Positions 55,922 to 64,000 of a stretch of DNA of 64,000 nt are shown piece after piece; within the stretch, counting starts at the first letter, position 1; each line of letters begins with the position of its first letter. This DNA is from the human T2T-CHM13v2.0 reference genome, Homo sapiens. The stretch lies in assembly GCF_009914755.1 (NCBI RefSeq), contig NC_060931.1; one strand, 5' to 3'. The notes beneath the pieces are model-generated. The model had not been told where the DNA came from, searched no databases, and was given only the letters and a program-made list of their open reading frames with translations. The position numbers were made by a program, and so were the translations under genes.

Positions 55922-56784
55922 CTACCCAGGGGACAAAAGAAGAGAGAACATTTCTTTCTTTGGAGCAATTTTTTAAAAAAGTTTCTAATCCAAAGGAAGA
56001 AAAGATATTTTAGACTTAAGTCAAATGGAAATGAAAACTTTGTTGTTGCTATTGTTGTTTAAATCCAGAACAGATAAACTTCAAAATCACAACACCCTTA
56101 AACAGAAAATAGGATGATTAATGCAAAACCTTGTAACAGAACAAATATTAAATGTGTATTTTTAATGCATATACAAACAACTTAGTACAGGGAAAATTAC
56201 GTCCAAAAAAGCAGTGGTATTTTTTCCATCTATTCTTGATATATCTATTTGAGAAAGTTTGATAGATCTTTCCTAAATCATTAAATACTTCTGATATTAT
56301 ATTCTTCTTTTATATTATGTAAGATTTTAAAACAAGAACTAACATCAGCTTAATAAGGCAGAGACCACACCTGGCTTGCTTTTATTTGTGGTGGGATTTT
56401 AAGAAGGCAATGCTTTTACTTTATTTTCATTTTATTATATTAAATAAATGATGCTTGGCATTAACTTCCCCACATGGGATAATGAAGATTAATGAGGTAA
56501 ATTAAAATGTCTGATATATTTAAACTTTCTTAGAGAATAAGTAAAAAATAATGTCATTAGGAATAAAATCCTATTATAGTCTAACTTCTAAACACAGTTA
56601 CAGAAGAATAAAATGAGTAAGCTTGATTTTACATTATGATTTTAAACTGCTTTCCTAGGTGTAACTTTCAGGAATGTGATTTAGCTAATTTTGGTCATCT
56701 ATAAAATATTTTACTAAAACTAAATTTTCTTAAATTTTTTTTAACAACAGGGCATTTCTAAGTTAGAATGCTGTATTTCATTTT

Positions 56785-57095
56785 GCTGGGCGCAGTGGCT
56801 CATGCCCCTGATCCTAGCACTTTGGGAGGCTGAGGTGGGAGGATCGCTTAAGCACGGGAGTTTAAGACCAGCCTGAGCAACATGGTGAAACCCCGTCTCT
56901 ACTAAAAATACAAAAAATTAGCTGGGCGTGGTGATGCATGTCTGTAGGCTCAGATATTCACGAGACTGAGGTGAGAGGATCGCTTGAACTCGGGAGGCAG
57001 AGGTTGCAGTGAGCCCAGATTGTGCCACTGCACTCCAGCCTGGCTGACAGAGTGAGACCCTGTCTCAAAAAAAAATAAGTAAAATAAAATAAAAA
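56785..57095 (+). mobile_element. AluJb-like
   Basis: ggaggatcgctt in both arms; A-rich tail. Confidence 0.92.
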
Positions 57096-57850
57096 GCAAT
57101 CATCAGTACACTTTTTTCTTTAGAAAGAAATATTTCTTTTTGAATTAAATTATGTAATAATTTATTCTGTTGCTCCATCAATGCAACGGAATTATATCCA
57201 GCTGCAAAAATCTTTTACAAGGAGTAAAGGAATATATGCTGCACAAGGCAGCTCTTGCTTCAAAGCAAAGTCAACAGTGTTCATATAATGAATTGCATGT
57301 TTGGTTCCACCTATGTTCTTTACCAGTATTTCTGAAGAAAAACCCACTTCTTTTGTGAAATGGTTCACCTAACTCATTCTCATGAATGAAGAAACAAATG
57401 ATACTATTCCCCCATGAAATGCTGTACTCAATAATATTTTCTGTATAGCGATGGAAGTACCAGAATTTATTGCATATGCCATATATCACTGTGGGGACTT
57501 TTCATCCCCCAAAAGAAACACAAAATATTCAGGCAATTCCTTTATTATTGATTTGTGGATGTCAGATATGGCATATAAAACAGTGATGATTTCACAGTCA
57601 CAATTCTGATTAATGCTGAAAGGCAATGACAATTCTATATCTAACTGCCATTGACTAGAAATTCCTCAATATGTTAAATAATTATGCTGTGGATACACAG
57701 TACTTGTAAGGAGAAAATGCAAAAACAAAACTAAACTATAAAATAAAACTCAGATCGATCAATACTGTCTTATCTGAACTCATTATGCTTTAATAGTTAC
57801 CTTCTACAAGAGACCTTTTTTATAAAACTTTGCAGTTTCAATTGAGCTAG

Positions 57851-58300
<450 letters not shown>

Positions 58301-59141
58301 TAAACAGCGTATGCAATAAATATCTGAGGAATTATTTAATAGAAGACCCCTTTGGGTCATAATGTACAATGAATCTGAATTGATATAACTTATAAAACAG
58401 TATGAATATTTGGAATAATTTGTGTAAGTTTGCAAACTAACTTCTTTTAAGAACTAAGTTTCTACTGTAATTGAGAGTGATAATACTCAGTAGAGACAGC
58501 CAACTTTTTCTTTATGCAATTAAAGGCCAATATGAAAAGTAGCATCATACAATTTACTTTGAAGGGTTTTTAATGAACATATATGTGATCAAATTTTCTA
58601 ATAAATGAACAATGCACTTTTACTGCACCACCCTTTATTATCATCAGAAGAACAACCAGCTTTTTAATAGATAATAGCCTCTGCTAAGCCTTATGAAATT
58701 CCAGTTTTATTGCAATTGTCCATGAACTCATCTTACAGATCATCTGCAAAGCCTGGCAGATAACTAATGTACTGCTCAGACCTGCCAAATGTTTCATTTT
58801 TTTCTGCAAACTCTCTATCTAAAGTGTATAATGCATTCATTCTAATGGGAACTTTCAAAAGCTGCTTGTGCCAAGTAAAACCCCTTTTTCAAACCCAAGA
58901 TGCATCACTACAGTAGAAAAGCAACTAATGATCTGGATAAAAATTATTGCTTTAAAATGAATCCAAAGTGTGTGATTGGATGGTAAATGGTTCTTTAGAG
59001 TTCTGCTAAATGCATTACCTAATTAGCTTGTTACATATTAAAGACGTTACTCATAAAATATGACTTGAGATTTCATATTATTCTGGACTTTTTGATTCAA
59101 TAAGAACCACTATCCTACATACATACACCTGGTGGCTTTAC

Positions 59142-59271
59142 CTGACATTGTACAGGCACTTTTCTCCATAGCTGAATTTAAAGGGCTGTTCTTGACTGCA
59201 GGCAGAGCTGATTTCTGAACATGGACTGTGGGGTTCTTTCTTGATTTTCAGTGGCAGGCCATGAAAAGCCA
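59142..59271 (-). CDS. ETV1: ETV1 coding exon (exon 7; 130 nt; [44 protein letters not shown])
   Basis: Minus strand reads TTTCTAG|TGGCTTTTCATGGC...TACAATGTCAG|GTAAAG. Hand translation matches ETV1, and the phase joins the next exon (AG|T = Ser). Confidence 0.96.
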
Positions 59272-59724
59272 CTAGAAAAAAGAACAAAAATATCCACAAA
59301 AATTAAATGCTGTAGGAATTATGGAGATTAATGTGTTCTACTTCTCTTGTTAAAAAGGTCATTCACATTTCATATTAACTTACATATGTAAGAAAAATCA
59401 CGTTTGATGAATTTCAGTAGCAGAAGATTTCAGAGAATCTTCATATACGCCTTTTCTGCCTTTATTGTGTAACAAAATGCATGCTTGAATTTTCTCTCAT
59501 TACTTAAGTGAATCACTTGTAATTTGCTTAACTGATATTAACAATGCTAGAAGCTCAGTTTCAAGAAAGTACATTTTGAAAACATATCAGAAAGGTTTCC
59601 AATGACTAAAGCAGAAAAATTACAGATGATTAGCCAAGAATCAACTAAAGACCAAAATATAATTTTAAGCATTATTGAAAGGAAAATATATCAACTGCAT
59701 CAATAATAATAGTTTAATGAAATG

Positions 59725-59900
59725 ACAACTAGACTGGGGCAAAGAAAATCCAGGCGCAGGTCCAGAAGTGACTGATATTACTTTGGGCAAAAACTCAACA
59801 TCTTTGAGGCCAGTTCTCATCTATAAAATAGAGATTAAGTATCTGCCTATCTAATTACCAGAACTGTGAAGATGAAATCTGAGAAATATGTAAATGTTGT
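59725..59900 (+). mobile_element. MIR
   Basis: ctttgggcaa..actcaacatctttgaggccagttctcatctataaaatagagat. Confidence 0.65.
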
Positions 59901-60026
59901 TTGTCACATGTAATCTACCATGAAACAATTATTCTATATGAAATGATGTTTTCACCTTTTTACTGTGACTTAATGCACAGTAATGCTTATATGCATTTAT
60001 GTTTAATAACGTACAAAGCTACATCA

Positions 60027-60436
<410 letters not shown>

Positions 60437-61613
60437 TTATTCTTCGATATGAAACTGAAGAAATGCCTATTAGAAATCTTATCAGAATAATTAAATTTTT
60501 GGTATAAATGGGAAATTGGTTTAAAAAAGGAAAAAATAATCATAAGAATAGATTCTGTAATTTACATATAATATCCACAGGTATGAATAGTCAAGGGATA
60601 AACACATAACAGAGACACACGTTCTGGAGATTTATTCTAACTCTTATAGAAACTGAAATTAAAACACAGTATGTTAAGTCCGCTTTCCAAAAAGGAAGAT
60701 ATGACAAGAGGAATTTTGTGGTTTATGATGTCATTTGTCATTCAATCTTAATGACGGCATTACAGAATTATAAACTTGCATTAGCTTGAATGTTATATAT
60801 AATTTTTAACATAAAAATTTGATATCACAAACTACCAAGCTTCAGGAAAACAAATACTATTTGTTTTATATGCATATAATTTTGATACAAGTGTTCAACA
60901 GCAATCAAGAGTCATCTGAAATATTCTAGAAAACAAATTTGCCAAATACGCACATTTTACTTAAGTGATCTAAGAGAAACTTAACACATAATAATAAAAT
61001 AATTACCCTTGGTACACTATTTCAAAGCATTTTTTAATGTAGTGTGTGTGTGTACATACATGTTTAGTACGCCTATTCAAAGTAAAGAGAAAAGAAAAAA
61101 GAGAAATTTTGTCTATCTCCATATATCAAGAATACTCATGTGCATTAACTTTACCAAGTCAGAAAGCTCTAATTCTTCTGAAAGAAAAGGCTTAAGAGCC
61201 TCAAGAATCAATTATGAGGACTTGAATTCTGATTTGAACAAACCAACTATAAAAAGACAACTCTGCAATAAATGACATTTTAGTATAGACTAGCTATTAG
61301 ATAATTTAATGTCTGTTAATTTTGTTGGATGTGACAATAGTTGTATTTAAAAAGTTTTAATGTTAGAGGTTCATAAAATATTTACAGATAAAATATCCAG
61401 AATTTTCTTTAAAATACTCTAGAAAAAATAATTGTGTATGAGGAAAGTGATGAATAAGACTAGAAAAATGTTGATAAATGGTAAAAGCCAATTGAAGGGC
61501 AGGAGGGAATTAACATTATTCTCTTAACGTTTGTCTATGTGTCCTAAATTTCCTGGGTAAACATTTTTTAAATGTGAAAAGAAAACCCACGAAGAATTTA
61601 AAGTAGTGCTCTA

Positions 61614-61890
61614 GGCCCAGTACGGTGGCTCACACCTGTAATCCCAGCTCTTTGGGAGGTCAATGTGGGGAGATCACTTGAGTCCAAGAGTTGGAGACCA
61701 GCCTGGTCAACATGGTGAAACCCCATCTCCACTAAAAATACAAAAATTAGCCAGGCATGGTGATGTCCACCTATAATTCCAGCTATCGGGAGGCTGGGGC
61801 ACGAGAATCACTTGAACCCGCGAAGCAGAGTTTGCCGAGATCGCGGCAGTGCACTCCAGCCTAGGTGACAGAGTGAGATTCTGCCTCGAA

Positions 61891-61929
<39 letters not shown>

Positions 61930-61930
61930 A
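61614..61930 (+). mobile_element. Old Alu (J/Sz) with (TAAA)n tail
   Basis: Dimer with a small right-arm deletion. Confidence 0.9.
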
Positions 61931-62005
61931 GTAAGAAAATTGTCTCCCATTGTATATCTGCGTGTTGTCTGTGTGTAGGCGAGATCTTAGAATAAGAAAT
62001 ACTAA

Positions 62006-62343
<338 letters not shown>

Positions 62344-62421
62344 TCTTTTTTTAAACAAGTGGTTTTCGATTATTTATTACATCTTTGAACATATTTAGCA
62401 AAGTGTGTATTTCCAAGTTTT

Positions 62422-62672
62422 GTTTTGTTTTTTAACTTTCACTTTAGGTTCAGGGATACATGTGCAGATTTATTATATAGGTAAGCTCGTGTCATGGGGG
62501 TTTGTGGTACAGATTATTTCATCACCCAGATACTAAGCCTAGTACCCAGTAGTTATTTTTTCTGACCCTCTTCGCTTTTCCACCCTCCATCCTCAAGTAG
62601 CCCCCAGTGTCTGTTCTCCTTTGTCCATGTGTTCTCATCATCTAGCTCCTACTTATAAGTGAGAACATGCAT
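62422..62672 (-). mobile_element. Older L1PA 3' fragment
   Basis: tacatgtgcag..gtacagattatttcatcacccag..cacttataagtgagaacatgc-like; TSD tccaagtttt. Confidence 0.88.
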
Positions 62673-62929
62673 ATATCCAAGTTTTAGCACTTCAGATTAA
62701 GTATTGGTTTTACATTTTCATAAGAAAAAGGAGCAGCGACATATAAGGAATTCAAGTAACAAATCATATTATACTTGAGAGATTAGATCAGGTTTACATG
62801 ACTAAAAATTGATGAACTCTATAGCTAATAAATATGCATGCAGTATGATGTAAAGTTTATCATATTTATCAAAATGTCAGCCATATTGGAGACTATAATG
62901 TTTAATATTACTATATTTTAAGTCTTGAG

Positions 62930-63900
62930 TACCATGAAGTAGGAAAATATTTATAAACAGGACACAAAAAGCACTAACCATAAAAGAAAAAATATCAGCA
63001 AATTAGGCTTCAATGAAATTAAGAACACTTTTTCAAAAGACACTGTTAAAAAAAAGGAAAGTAAGTCACAAGCTATAAGATGTTTTAAGTAGAAAGATCT
63101 GATGAAGAACTCATTTAACAAAATAAGAATTGCAAAATATCAGTAAGACAAGACAAATTCCCCACTTAAAAAATGGGCAAAAAGTCTTGAAACAGGCCAG
63201 TAGTTCACAAAAGCAGATATCCAGATGGCAAAACAAATCGGAACGACAACAAAATATATGCAAAGGTATTTAAAATCTTTATTCTTCAGAAAACTGCAAA
63301 ATAATCCACATGAGATTATCACTATATAGCTGTATCAGATAGTTACAGATATCACTAGAATGACTAACCTGCAAAAGATAGACATTATGAAGTTTTGGTG
63401 AAGACATGAAGCAATGGGAACTTTTATACAAGCTGCTGAGGGTATGGATTAGTATAATAAGCACTTTGGAAAACTTTCTGGCAATATCTACTAGGGCAAG
63501 AGAAATCTACTCTATGATCCATTAATACACCCTTAGGATACATCCAAGAAAAAAGGGTGCATATGTTCATGAAAAGACATGTGTGAGAATGTTCAAAGAA
63601 GCTTTATTCATGATAGCAAAAACTGGAAAAACTCAAATATTCATCAATGGGCAAATGGATAAATAAATCATGGCATATGCATACAATGGAATGAATACAG
63701 GAATAAAAAGGGACAAATTACATGCAAAAACAGATGATCTCACAGGTACAAAGTTACGGAAATATATCTTGCTGGAAACATTTTATATCTTGCTTCTGGG
63801 TGGTGGTTATATGGATATATACACATGTAAAATTCATCAAACTATGCACTTCAGATTTTTGCATTATAATGAATGTATATCAATATAAAGTTTAAAAAAC
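62930..63900 (+). mobile_element. Old L1M (L1ME/MC-like) ORF2 end and 3' UTR
   Basis: aaaagcactaaccataaaagaaaaa; aaaaatgggcaaaagtcttgaa; aatgttca..gctttattcatgatagcaaaaactggaaa; ends atgcacttcagatt..gcatt..aatgtatatcaat. Confidence 0.85.
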
Positions 63901-64000
63901 TCTGAGGGACATTAATCAAAGCTACACTAATTAAGTTACTTGAACATGTATGGCCTTCTGACCCAGCTGAGACATCTGAAAATGTGCTTCAACTTCACAG

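Overview
Human (primate) genomic DNA: AT-rich, with about 25 Alus, an L1PA2 and older L1, L2, MIR, MLT and MER relics. The window holds the 3' two-thirds of the ETS/PEA3-family gene ETV1 (ER81) on the minus strand. Eight coding exons (59142-59271, 55733-55921, 51525-51772, 31259-31327, 29651-29719, 26449-26618, 20758-20859, 15854-16075) splice into one continuous frame, from [14 protein letters not shown] through the ETS domain to NEGYVY-stop. A ~4.6 kb 3' UTR follows, then ~11 kb of downstream intergenic DNA. The 5' exons lie beyond position 64000. Exon numbers 7-14 follow my recollection of the 14-exon form. I see no prokaryotic-type or wholly new multi-gene system, and no foreign insert. 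The strongest oddity is that the 69-nt exon at 31259-31327 keeps the ETV1 frame only through a non-canonical donor (AAG|TTAAGT, a TT-AG intron). Other leads are inverted Alu pairs bracketing exon blocks (one would give a 567-nt stop-free circle), in-frame cryptic-exon and recursive-splice candidates, a twin-primed inverted L1PA2, a mosaic AluS/AluY, a legible CR1/L3 reverse-transcriptase relic, and a 32-bp palindromic minisatellite. Repeat subfamily calls are by eye and their boundaries are approximate.
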